The notes beneath the pieces are model-generated. The model was not told where the DNA came from. It worked only from the letters and a program-made list of their open reading frames with translations, and did no database searches. A stretch of 64,000 bases of DNA from Saccharofermentanales bacterium (GTDB lineage: Bacteria; Bacillota; Clostridia; Saccharofermentanales; DTU023): assembly GCA_041655695.1 (NCBI GenBank), contig JBBAEW010000003.1, positions 7,677-71,676 on the forward strand, read 5' to 3'. Below, piece after piece: positions 26,981-36,123 of this stretch; within the stretch, counting starts at the first letter, position 1; each line of letters opens with the position of its first letter. The position numbers were made by a program, and so were the translations under genes.

Positions 26981-28224
26981 TGGCACTTGTCAGACCTTTC
27001 CGGGCTGTCCGCCCCCTGGCGGAACTGGCCGAACAGATCGCCTGCCTGCCTTACGATGTAATGAACCGGGCCGAGGCCAAGGCCATGGCCGGCGACAATA
27101 AACTGAGTTTTCTGCGGGTTGTCCGGGCTGAGATTGATCTGCCCGCGACAGTCGATGATTACGATGACGCCGTTTACGTGAAGGGCTGCGACCGGCTCAA
27201 TGAAATGATCGCGGAAGGCGTCCTCAGGCAGGACGACCGCCCCCTCTTTTACATTTACCGTCAGATCATGAAAGGCCGGGTGCAGACCGGCCTGGTCGCC
27301 ACCTTCTCGGTCGATGCCTACCTGGCCAATGAGATCAAGAAGCACGAGTTCACCCGCAAGGACAAGGAAGTGGACCGGACCCGCCATTTTGACCAGTGCG
27401 ACGCGCATACGGAACCGGTTTTCCTGACCTACCGCAGCAAGGAAGAGATCAACCGCCTGATCCGTGACTTCATCAAGTTCAACGATCCGGTCTATGACTT
27501 CAAGACAGAAGACGGCATCACGCATATCTTCTGGGTTCTGGACGATCAGGAAGCCATCGATCAGCTGCAGGCCCTCTTTGAGACGGTTCCTTTCCTTTAT
27601 ATCGCCGACGGCCATCACCGGTCGGCCACCTCGGCCAATGTGGCCCTCAAGCGCCGCGAAGAATTCCCTCAGGCACCAAAAGACGCTGAATTCAATTATT
27701 TCATGGCTGTTGTCTTCCCCGATGAAGACCTCTTCATCATGGACTACAACCGCCTGGTCAAGGACCTGAACGGCATGACGGCAGAGGAATTCCTGGAGAA
27801 ACTGGGTGCCATCTACCGGATTGAACCCGTCGGCCAGGCCTTCCACCCCCATAAGAAAGCGGAGCTCTGCCTCTATCTGGATGGCCGCTGGTACAAACTG
27901 ACGGCGCCTCCCTCCCTCTTTGAGGGACTGGATCCGGTCCAGAGCCTGGATGTATCCATCCTGCAGAATAATGTTCTGACACCCCTCCTGGGGATTGATG
28001 ACCCCAGAACCTCCCAGCGGATTGATTTCGTAGGGGGCATTCGCGGCCTGGATGAACTGAAGGCCCGGGTCGACGGAGGCTGGGCCGCAGCCTTTGCTCT
28101 CTGTCCGACCACCATGGACGATCTGCTTGCCATTGCTGACGCTGAGATGATTATGCCGCCCAAATCGACCTGGTTTGAGCCTAAACTCCGGTCCGGCCTT
28201 TTCATCCACAAGCTGTCGGACTAG
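26980..28224 (+). CDS. DUF1015 family protein
   Basis: The N-terminus is MALVRPFRAVRP...CLPYDV. Motifs FTRKDKEVDRTRH...EPVFL and IADGHHR are also present. A TAATG overlap links it to serA. Confidence 0.8.
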   Translation: MALVRPFRAVRPLAELAEQIACLPYDVMNRAEAKAMAGDNKLSFLRVVRAEIDLPATVDDYDDAVYVKGCDRLNEMIAEGVLRQDDRPLFYIYRQIMKGRVQTGLVATFSVDAYLANEIKKHEFTRKDKEVDRTRHFDQCDAHTEPVFLTYRSKEEINRLIRDFIKFNDPVYDFKTEDGITHIFWVLDDQEAIDQLQALFETVPFLYIADGHHRSATSANVALKRREEFPQAPKDAEFNYFMAVVFPDEDLFIMDYNRLVKDLNGMTAEEFLEKLGAIYRIEPVGQAFHPHKKAELCLYLDGRWYKLTAPPSLFEGLDPVQSLDVSILQNNVLTPLLGIDDPRTSQRIDFVGGIRGLDELKARVDGGWAAAFALCPTTMDDLLAIADAEMIMPPKSTWFEPKLRSGLFIHKLSD

Positions 28225-28251
28225 ACAGCCGCGGGTTTTTTGCAAGCGACC

Positions 28252-29289
28252 ATGCAGACCGAAGACAAGGCCCTCCCCCCAGGTGTGACAACTCCGGCGG
28301 AGGGCTTTTTGTCGCTCTTTGAACCGCTGCCGGTCGGCCTTGCTCCCATGGCCGGCTTTACAACGGCCCCCTTCCGGACTATCGCCGCGGATCTGGGAGC
28401 CTCCTTCACCGTGACCGAATTGGTCTCCGTTCGCGGGATCCGGCATGATCCCGGCCTGCTCCGCTCGGGCCGCTATCTTCAGGCGACCGGCGGCGGCAAA
28501 CCGTGGGGCATCCAGCTCTTCGGCCGGGATCCCGACGATTATATCTTTGCCATCGACCGGCTCATGCAGGAACCCGACTACCGGACTGCCGCCTTTATCG
28601 ATATTAATATGGGCTGCCCCGCTCCCAAGGTTTTGCGGGAAGGCGGCGGCTGCGCCCTCATGGGAGATGGGGACCTGGTCAGCCGGATTGTCCGCGCCTC
28701 GGTCAAGGCGGCCCGCCCCTGCGGTCTGCCGGTGACGGTCAAGATCCGGTCGGGACTTTCGCCCGAGCGGATTAATGCCCTGGAAATCGCCAGGAGGGCA
28801 GAGGAGGAGGGAGCCGCAGCGGTGGCCGTCCATGCCCGGACGCTCAACCAATACTACGCCGGCCAGGCGAACTGGCAGGTCATCCGCCAGGTCAAGGAAA
28901 ATCTGTCCATCCCGGTCCTGGGCAACGGCGACCTGGCTCAGCCCGGTGATCTGGAGAAGATGCGTGCCATGACCGCCTGTGACGGCTTCCTGGTAGGTCG
29001 GGCCGCAAGGGGAAATCCCTTCATCTTCCGGCAGCTCAGAGGCGGGCCGCCCGCGGGGCCGGAGGAATGGCTGGCCGTCATGAACCGGCATCTGGAGGCC
29101 AGCATGGCCCATTTGGGCGAACCCGTGGCCGTCCGGGAAATGCGCTCCCATTTTGCCTTTTATCTGCGGGGCTACCCGGGTTCATCCGAAGACCGGCGCA
29201 AGGTCATGGAGGCCCTGACGGCCAGTCAGGTCAGGGAGATTTTGCAGGCTGCGGCCAGGCGCAGGTCAGAGGCTGCTTTGTTATACTGA
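28252..29289 (+). CDS. dusB: tRNA-dihydrouridine synthase
   Basis: LAPMAGFT...FR, Q.FG, DINMGCP and K.R.G are present. I preferred ATG 28252 over TTG 28240. Confidence 0.85.
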   Translation: MQTEDKALPPGVTTPAEGFLSLFEPLPVGLAPMAGFTTAPFRTIAADLGASFTVTELVSVRGIRHDPGLLRSGRYLQATGGGKPWGIQLFGRDPDDYIFAIDRLMQEPDYRTAAFIDINMGCPAPKVLREGGGCALMGDGDLVSRIVRASVKAARPCGLPVTVKIRSGLSPERINALEIARRAEEEGAAAVAVHARTLNQYYAGQANWQVIRQVKENLSIPVLGNGDLAQPGDLEKMRAMTACDGFLVGRAARGNPFIFRQLRGGPPAGPEEWLAVMNRHLEASMAHLGEPVAVREMRSHFAFYLRGYPGSSEDRRKVMEALTASQVREILQAAARRRSEAALLY

Positions 29290-29340
29290 ATCAAGTTGAA
29301 GCTACGGTCTTGGGCTCTGATGCCAAGAAGGAGAAAGAGA

Positions 29341-30273
29341 ATGGAGAGCAAAACCGAATACATGGATTCATCCGACGGCAGTACGCACTTATATGTCCGC
29401 ATCTGGGAACCAAAAGGGGAGCCGCGCGCCCTCCTGCAAATTTCACATGGCATGGTCGAGTTCATCGACCGCTATGACCGTTTCGCCCGTGCCCTGGCAG
29501 AAGAAGGGATCCTGATTGCCGGCAACGACCACCTGGGACACGGCCAGTCCGTCTCCTCCCAGGAGGACTGGGGATTCTTCGCCGACAAGAACGGCAACCG
29601 CTGTGTCCTTGAGGACATGCGCTCGGTCCAGTACTGGCTCCGTGAGCGCTACCCCAATCTTCCCGCCTTTATCATGGGTCATTCCATGGGATCTTTTCTG
29701 GTCCGCCAATACCTGCACACTTTCCCGGAGGATCAATTCGCAGGGGTCATCATCCTGGGCACCGGCATGCAGCCGGCCTGGCTGGTTACCACAGGCCTTT
29801 TTCTTGCCCGGCTGATCCGGACCTTCAAAGGACCCCGCCACCGGAGCAGGTTTCTTACCAAACTCTCCCTGGGCAGCAACAACAAGTACTTCAAACCCAA
29901 CCGGACCCCCTGTGACTGGCTGACCCGGGATGAAGCCATTGTCGATCTCTACTGCGCCGATCCCCGCAATCGCTTCCAGTTCACAGCCTCTGCCTTCGCG
30001 GATATGTTCGAGGGCATGAAGACTCTTTATTTACGCCGGAACCTGGCCAGGATGAACACAGCCACCCCCATCCTGATTGCCAGCGGTGATCAGGACCCGG
30101 TCGGGTCCATGGGCAAGGCCGCGCCGGCATACGGCAGGCAGCTCCAGGCCCTGGGCTTTGATCAGGTTACGGTCAAACTCTATGAAGGCGCCCGCCACGA
30201 ACTGGTCAATGAGACCTGCCGGGACCAGGTCGACAGCGATCTGGCGGCCTTTATTTTCGAACACATCCAATAA
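29341..30273 (+). CDS. alpha/beta hydrolase (lysophospholipase / monoacylglycerol lipase-like)
   Basis: HG..E...RY..FA, the GHSMGS nucleophile elbow, and C-terminal D and H residues are present. I chose ATG 29341 because an AAGGAGAAAGAG RBS precedes it. Confidence 0.8.
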   Translation: MESKTEYMDSSDGSTHLYVRIWEPKGEPRALLQISHGMVEFIDRYDRFARALAEEGILIAGNDHLGHGQSVSSQEDWGFFADKNGNRCVLEDMRSVQYWLRERYPNLPAFIMGHSMGSFLVRQYLHTFPEDQFAGVIILGTGMQPAWLVTTGLFLARLIRTFKGPRHRSRFLTKLSLGSNNKYFKPNRTPCDWLTRDEAIVDLYCADPRNRFQFTASAFADMFEGMKTLYLRRNLARMNTATPILIASGDQDPVGSMGKAAPAYGRQLQALGFDQVTVKLYEGARHELVNETCRDQVDSDLAAFIFEHIQ

Positions 30274-30289
30274 GAAACAGGAGAACACC

Positions 30290-31669
30290 ATGCCCACTTA
30301 CATGCCCGAACCCTACCGGATCAAAATGGTCGAACCATTGAAGGTTACAACAAGGGAGGAGCGCCAGGAAGCCATCCGGCGCGCCCACTTCAATCTCTTT
30401 GGTTTGAGAAGCGATGATGTCGCCGTTGACATGCTGACTGACAGCGGGACCGGCGCCATGTCGGACCGCCAATGGGCGGCCATGATGCTGGGCGATGAGA
30501 GCTACGCGGGATCCCGGAGCTATTACCGCCTGATGGATGTCTGCCGGGAGCTCTTTGGCTGGAAGTATTTCCAGCCGGTTCACCAGGGCCGGGCGGCTGA
30601 AAAGGTGCTCTTCCCCAACCTCCTCAAGCCGGGCCAGGTTTCCCTGTCCAACATGCACTTTGATACGACCGCGGGCCATGTCATGCTCTGTGACGCCCGG
30701 CCGGTCAACTGTGTTGTCAAGGAGGCTCTGGACGCAGAATCCCACTACCCCTTCAAGGGCAATACGGACAACGTGCGCCTGAGGGAACTGATCAGCCAGT
30801 ACGGGCCTGAACGGGTGGGCATGATTGTCGTCACCATTACCTGCAATTCCGCGGGCGGTCAGCCTGTATCCCTGGCCAACATCACGGAAACAGCTGCCAT
30901 CGCCAGGGAATACGGCATCCCCTTTGTCATTGACGCGGCCCGTTTTGCTGAGAACGCCTTTTTTATCAAGGAACGTGAGGAAGGCCAGGCGGACCGGTCC
31001 ATCCGGGAGATTGTCCGGGATCTTTTCGCCCATGCCGATGCCTTTACCCTCTCGGCCAAAAAAGACGGGATCGTCAATATGGGCGGCCTGGTTGCCGTCC
31101 GCGAGGACGAAGAACTCATGCGCGGTATCCGCCGCCAGGTTGTCCCCAATGAGGGTTTCCTTTCTTACGGCGGTTTGGCCGGACGTGATCTGGAGGCCCT
31201 GGCCGTAGGCCTGGAGGAGGGAGTGGAGGAATCCTTCCTGCGCTCCTATATGGGACAGACACGTTACCTGGTGGAAAGTCTGGTCGAAATGGGCGTCCCC
31301 TGTCAGCAGCCTGCAGGCGGACACGCGGTCTTTGTTGACGCCCGCCAGATTCTTCCTCATCTTCCTTTTGACCGCTTCCCGGCCCATTCCATCTGCGTGG
31401 AGCTGTACAAGGAGGCTGGCATCCGCGGCTGCGACGTGGGCTCCTTCATGCTGGACCCGGATCCGGAGACCGGTGAGCAGCCCCAGGCGGCCATGGAATT
31501 TGCCCGCTTCTGCATCCCGCGCCGGACTTACACACAGGCTCATCTGGACTATGTCGCCAAAGCCATGAAGAGAGTCATGGAAAAGGCGGCGGATATAAAG
31601 GGCTACCGGATCATCTCCCAGGAGAAGATCCTGCGCCACTTCACGGCACAGCTGGAACCCTATGCCTGA
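30290..31669 (+). CDS. beta-eliminating lyase: tryptophanase or tyrosine phenol-lyase
   Basis: EPYRIKMVEP...TREER, DMLTDSGTGAMS..QWAAMM.GDESYAGS and the SAKKDG PLP-lysine block are present. The start was trimmed from 30077 to ATG 30290 (GGAGAA RBS). Indole versus phenol specificity cannot be told by eye. Confidence 0.85.
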   Translation: MPTYMPEPYRIKMVEPLKVTTREERQEAIRRAHFNLFGLRSDDVAVDMLTDSGTGAMSDRQWAAMMLGDESYAGSRSYYRLMDVCRELFGWKYFQPVHQGRAAEKVLFPNLLKPGQVSLSNMHFDTTAGHVMLCDARPVNCVVKEALDAESHYPFKGNTDNVRLRELISQYGPERVGMIVVTITCNSAGGQPVSLANITETAAIAREYGIPFVIDAARFAENAFFIKEREEGQADRSIREIVRDLFAHADAFTLSAKKDGIVNMGGLVAVREDEELMRGIRRQVVPNEGFLSYGGLAGRDLEALAVGLEEGVEESFLRSYMGQTRYLVESLVEMGVPCQQPAGGHAVFVDARQILPHLPFDRFPAHSICVELYKEAGIRGCDVGSFMLDPDPETGEQPQAAMEFARFCIPRRTYTQAHLDYVAKAMKRVMEKAADIKGYRIISQEKILRHFTAQLEPYA

Positions 31670-31755
31670 ACAAGGAAGAGGACAGGGCTTATTGCCCATG
31701 GTCCCTTTGGGCATAGGATATAATATGAAAAAATGATTTCTCGAAGGGGGAACCT

Positions 31756-33828
31756 ATGAATCTTACAACGGAAAAAATCAGGAATATCACCGTGATGGGT
31801 CACGGCGGCGTCGGCAAAACCGCCTTTGTCGAAGCCGCTCTTTTCAACGCCGGTGTCATCGACCGCATGGGGCGGTCCAATGAAGGAAACACGGTGACGG
31901 ACTTTGACGCTGAAGAGATGCGGCGCGGTCTGTCCATCAGCACGGCTGTGGCCTGGTGCGAATGGAAAAATCACAAGATCAACCTGATCGATACCCCGGG
32001 TGATTTCGATTTCCTGGGCGAACAGATTCTGGGTATGTATGCCGGCGACACGGCACTCATTGTCATGTCGGCCAAGGACGGCCTGTCCGTCGGTGCGGAA
32101 AAAGCGGTCCGCAACGCCGCCGGCGCCAATATCCCCGTCGCCTTTTTTATCAACCGCATGGACGAGCCCAACGCCAATTTCCAGAAGACCTTAAGTGATC
32201 TGCGTGAAGCTTATGGGCAGCGCGTTCTCCCCCTGGTTCTGCCCATCCTGGAAAACGAGCGTATGACCGGCCTGGCCGAAGTTTTGAGCGGCAAAGCCTA
32301 CAGCTTCGCAGGCAAAAAAGGTGAAATGAAAGAGACGGCCCTGCCGGCCGATCTGGCGGACCTGATCGAGGAATACAAGGATCAGATCAACGAGCAGATC
32401 GCGGAAAACGATGAAGCCCTCATGGAGAAGTACTTCGACGGCCAGGCCTTCTCTCCGGAAGAAGAGGCGGCAGGCATGCGGCAGGCAATCGCTGCCGGGT
32501 CCATCATGCCGGTCTTTGTCGGCTCCGCCCAGGAGAATATGGGTATTGCCTTTGCCCTGGATCTCTTCACACGCTTTTTCCCCACTCCTCTGGACGGCCA
32601 CCCGGTGACGGCTGTCCGCCCTGACGGAGAGGAAGTGCTCCTGCGCTCTGAGGGCAGCGGCCCCCTGGCTGCCTTTGTCTTCAAGACCTTCGTCGACTCC
32701 TTTGTGGGCCGGATCTCTCTTTTCCGCGTTTTCTCCGGCACCTTCAAAGACGAAGGAACTGTCTTCAACGCCAATCAGGAGAAAGACGAGCGCCTGATCG
32801 GCCTTAATTTTCAGAACGGCAAGAAGCAGCAGCCGACCGATACCGTCATCGCAGGCGATATCGGAGCCATTGCCAAGCTGTCCGACACCGTTACCCTGGA
32901 CACCCTGACGGTCAAGTCTTCCCCCCTCAAGATCAAGGGGCCGGAGATGCCGGTTCCCTGTCTGACCCTGGCCATTTCGCCGGTCAACAAGGGTGAGGAG
33001 GAGAAGATCATGCAGGGCCTGGTCCGCCTCAAGGATGAGGACGTGACCTTTGACATCGTCAACGACCCTGAAACCCGCCAGTTCCGCCTGTCGGGTCTGG
33101 GTGAGGTTCAGCTTGACGTCATCTCTTCACGGCTTAAGTCCAAGTTCGGCGTCGAAGCCCGGCTGGATGAACCCAGGATCGCTTACCGCGAGACCATCCG
33201 CAAAAAGGTCAAGGTCCAGGGCCGGCACAAGAAGCAGACGGGCGGCCACGGCCAGTACGGCGATGTGTGGGTCGTTTTCGAGCCCGGCACCCAGGAAGGT
33301 CTGGAGTTCGCCGAGGAAGTCTTCGGCGGATCGGTCCCCAAGAACTACTTCCCGGCTGTTGAGAAGGGCCTTCAGGAAGCCATCGTCGAGGGTGTCCTGG
33401 CCGGCTATCCGGTTGTCAATCTCAAGGCCACCCTGGTGGACGGCTCCTACCACGACGTCGACTCCAACGAGCTCTCCTTCAAGCTGGCCGCGCGGCTGGC
33501 TTACAGGGCAGGGCTTCCCCAGGCGGATCCCATTCTCCTGGAACCCATCGACCAGCTCATGGTTCATATCCCCGACGATTTCCTGGGCGACATCATGGGC
33601 GACATGAACAAGCGCCGCGGCCGGATTCTGGGTATTCACCCCGACTCCATCCAGGGCTTCCAGATTGTTGAGGCGGAAGCTCCGCGCGCGGAGATTGCCA
33701 AATACGCCACGGATCTGAAATCAATGACCCAGGGGCGCGGTTGGTTTACCGTGAGTTTTGTCCGCTATGAGCAGGTGCCCCAGAATATTTCAGAACGGAT
33801 TATTGCGGCTGCGCAAAGCGAAGAGTAA
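31756..33828 (+). CDS. elongation factor G paralog (EF-G2-like GTPase)
   Basis: G1 is GHGGVGKT rather than the housekeeping AHIDAGKT. DTPG, NRMD and domains II-V of EF-G are recognisable. It is not in an rpsL-rpsG-fusA-tuf context. Confidence 0.8.
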   Translation: MNLTTEKIRNITVMGHGGVGKTAFVEAALFNAGVIDRMGRSNEGNTVTDFDAEEMRRGLSISTAVAWCEWKNHKINLIDTPGDFDFLGEQILGMYAGDTALIVMSAKDGLSVGAEKAVRNAAGANIPVAFFINRMDEPNANFQKTLSDLREAYGQRVLPLVLPILENERMTGLAEVLSGKAYSFAGKKGEMKETALPADLADLIEEYKDQINEQIAENDEALMEKYFDGQAFSPEEEAAGMRQAIAAGSIMPVFVGSAQENMGIAFALDLFTRFFPTPLDGHPVTAVRPDGEEVLLRSEGSGPLAAFVFKTFVDSFVGRISLFRVFSGTFKDEGTVFNANQEKDERLIGLNFQNGKKQQPTDTVIAGDIGAIAKLSDTVTLDTLTVKSSPLKIKGPEMPVPCLTLAISPVNKGEEEKIMQGLVRLKDEDVTFDIVNDPETRQFRLSGLGEVQLDVISSRLKSKFGVEARLDEPRIAYRETIRKKVKVQGRHKKQTGGHGQYGDVWVVFEPGTQEGLEFAEEVFGGSVPKNYFPAVEKGLQEAIVEGVLAGYPVVNLKATLVDGSYHDVDSNELSFKLAARLAYRAGLPQADPILLEPIDQLMVHIPDDFLGDIMGDMNKRRGRILGIHPDSIQGFQIVEAEAPRAEIAKYATDLKSMTQGRGWFTVSFVRYEQVPQNISERIIAAAQSEE

Positions 33829-33976
33829 ATTTCAGGCTGCCTGCGGCAGGGCTTTCGAAGTCCCTGCCCGCAGGCCATGATGAGAAGATCGGCATGAAAG
33901 TGACTGATCTTTTCTTTTCATACCCTCCTGCTGCTGGCAAAGAGGGAAATCGAGCAAGAGAAGGAGACAAGACAAA

Positions 33977-35356
33977 ATGGTTTCCACTTGGGCCTGGCTG
34001 ATGAGCCCGGAAGGGATCCTGATCCCCGCAGAGGGTGTCTCCAGCGGGCTGGCCATTTCGGTTACCCTCCTCCTGCTTCTGCTCTTCGGCCTCCTGACGG
34101 CCTTCCGCAAGGCAGTCAGACTTCTGCCGGCGGTCAGGGTCGATGAGGATGCCCCGGAAACTGCTTCCAGAAGACGCTTATTCCATTCATTTCTGAAAGA
34201 TCCCCTGCGCCTGGACCGGCGGATCACCCTGACCCTGGTCCTGGTCGGCGCGGCCTATTTTTATTGGGGCAGCCTGGTGACGGTCCCTTCCCTGATCCGG
34301 ATGGCTGGCCCGCTTTCTCTCTCTCTCATGGCCTGGCTGACGCTTGCCTGGTCGCTCCTCCATTTATTTTTGCTCCTTCTCCTGGGGCTGGTCATACCCC
34401 AAAGAGCTGCCGGCCGCAAGGAAGGGGTTCTTGCCCGCAGGCTTTTCCCCTTCCTGCTCCCCCTGCTTCTCCTGGCGGGTGCCCTGGATGGCTTGCTTTC
34501 AGTTCTGGGCGGACTCATCCTGAAAATTCTCCGCCTGCCCGAGATCGAGATTCCTGAACCGGCACCGACCGAGGAAGAATTCCTCCAGATGCTGGAGGCC
34601 GGTCACGCCAAGGGAGCCATCGAAGATGACAACCGGGAGCTGATCGCCAATCTCTTTGAATTTGACGATAAAATCGCAGCCGAGGTCATGACCCACCGGA
34701 CCGAGATCGACGCCCTGCCCCTGGAGGCAAGTCTTTCGGAGACCATGGCTCTTTTATACGAGACCAAGTACACCCGCTACCCCGTCTATGAGGGGTCCAT
34801 CGACAAGATCATCGGGATCCTGCATGCCAAGGATCTGCTTTTCTATCGCGAGCAGCCGGGCGGGGACGGTCCCTTCTCCCTGGAAGAAATTATGAGGCCT
34901 GCCTGGTTTACCCCGGAGACCCGCAATATCAGCGACCTTTTCCGCGAAATGCAGAAGAATCACACCCAGATGGCCATTGTCATCGACGAATACGGAGGGA
35001 CGGCCGGCCTTCTGACCATTGAGGATCTGGTCGAACAGATTGTCGGCAGCATCGAGGATGAGTACGACGATGTGGAGCAGGAACTGATCGAAATCACGCC
35101 GGACACCTGGCTGGTCGACGGGACCTATCCCCTGGACCGGCTGGCCCGTGTGACCGGAGTCCATATGGACGACGAATACGATACGGTGGCAGGTCTCCTG
35201 ATTGACCTCCTTGACCGGATTCCCGAAGAGGATGAGCGCCCGGTCGTAGAATACGGCCCCCTGACCTTCCATGTCCTGGCCATCTCCGACAACCGAATCG
35301 TCCGGGTCCGGCTGGTCAAACACGAGACCGGGGAGGAGGAAGGCAATGACCTTTGA
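33977..35356 (+). CDS. hemolysin family / CNNM-CorC type protein (DUF21-CBS pair-CorC_HlyC)
   Basis: An N-terminal 4-TM DUF21 domain, CBS block V.EVMTHRTEI, ...A.V.DEYGGTAGL.T.EDL.E.IVG.I.DE.D, and a C-terminal CorC domain are present. Confidence 0.85.
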   Translation: MVSTWAWLMSPEGILIPAEGVSSGLAISVTLLLLLLFGLLTAFRKAVRLLPAVRVDEDAPETASRRRLFHSFLKDPLRLDRRITLTLVLVGAAYFYWGSLVTVPSLIRMAGPLSLSLMAWLTLAWSLLHLFLLLLLGLVIPQRAAGRKEGVLARRLFPFLLPLLLLAGALDGLLSVLGGLILKILRLPEIEIPEPAPTEEEFLQMLEAGHAKGAIEDDNRELIANLFEFDDKIAAEVMTHRTEIDALPLEASLSETMALLYETKYTRYPVYEGSIDKIIGILHAKDLLFYREQPGGDGPFSLEEIMRPAWFTPETRNISDLFREMQKNHTQMAIVIDEYGGTAGLLTIEDLVEQIVGSIEDEYDDVEQELIEITPDTWLVDGTYPLDRLARVTGVHMDDEYDTVAGLLIDLLDRIPEEDERPVVEYGPLTFHVLAISDNRIVRVRLVKHETGEEEGNDL

Positions 35357-36020
35357 TTCCAAAAAGAGGCTGCCCGTCTCAGCCGTTCTCTTTGATCTGG
35401 ACGGCACACTTATGGACACGGTGCCCCTGATCCTGGCTTCCCACCGGCACACATTCGAGAAGATCCTGGGCCAGGTGCCAAGCGACCAGGAAATCCTGGC
35501 CACCATCGGGGAACCGCTGACAACGACCTTTGACCGCTACGGCGAGCACGGCCCTCTTCTCATGGAGGAGTATATCAACTGGAGCGTCCCCAGGACATCC
35601 AGCCACAGCAGACTCTTTGGCGGCGCCCTGTCCATGCTCCAAACCTTGCGCAGCAGGGGTTTTCTGACAGGAGTGGTCACGGCCCGCCGCTGTGACGGCA
35701 TGCTGCTCTGTCTGGATACCTTCGATCTGCACCCGCTCTTTGACGCGGCGGTCTGCGCCGAGGATACCGTCCGCCATAAGCCCTATCCGGACCCCATCCT
35801 CCTGGCCATGGATCAGCTGGGCATCCAGGATCCTGATCAGGTTCTCTACGTGGGTGATACGGCCCGTGACCTGGAAAGCGCCAGGGGGGCCGGATGCCAT
35901 TTCGCTGCGGTCAGCTGGACAGCCATGGACCGCGCTGAGATCGAACGGCTGCAGCCGACCTTTTGGCTGGAGGACTTTGAGGCTCTGCCCGGGCGGCTCT
36001 GCCGCAGGGACGAGAGGTAA
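35346..36020 (+). CDS. HAD-superfamily hydrolase (PpaX / phosphoglycolate phosphatase-like)
   Basis: Motif I is LFDLDGTLMDT, motif II is GVVTA, and motif IV is YVGDT..D. The start was trimmed to ATG 35346, giving an 11-nt overlap with the upstream gene. Confidence 0.8.
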   Translation: MTFDSKKRLPVSAVLFDLDGTLMDTVPLILASHRHTFEKILGQVPSDQEILATIGEPLTTTFDRYGEHGPLLMEEYINWSVPRTSSHSRLFGGALSMLQTLRSRGFLTGVVTARRCDGMLLCLDTFDLHPLFDAAVCAEDTVRHKPYPDPILLAMDQLGIQDPDQVLYVGDTARDLESARGAGCHFAAVSWTAMDRAEIERLQPTFWLEDFEALPGRLCRRDER

Positions 36021-36123
36021 CCAGACCCCGGTTTTACGCAATCGCCTGCGATTGTGCTACACTTTCCTAGGCTTGCATGGATTGGATTCCGCAGGCCAGC
36101 ACTGACACAAAGAGGGTAATGGC

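Noticed and set aside
26929-29151. A 740-aa ORF on the minus strand spanning the serA end, all of DUF1015 and most of dusB.
   Set aside because: It is exactly antisense to three well-supported, motif-bearing genes. Its sequence is Gly/Arg/Asp/Leu-rich with no recognisable motif, RBS or promoter. This is a typical shadow ORF of GC3-rich coding DNA.
30077-30289. N-terminally extended ORF-track starts that overlap the upstream gene. These are 30077, 56429, 59724, 54158, 35271, 52630, 13314, 19558, 29296, 55741 and 13086.
   Set aside because: The extensions overlap upstream genes, encode Arg/Ser/Pro-rich nonsense and lack an RBS. Internal ATGs preceded by Shine-Dalgarno sequences align with the conserved N-termini of the families.
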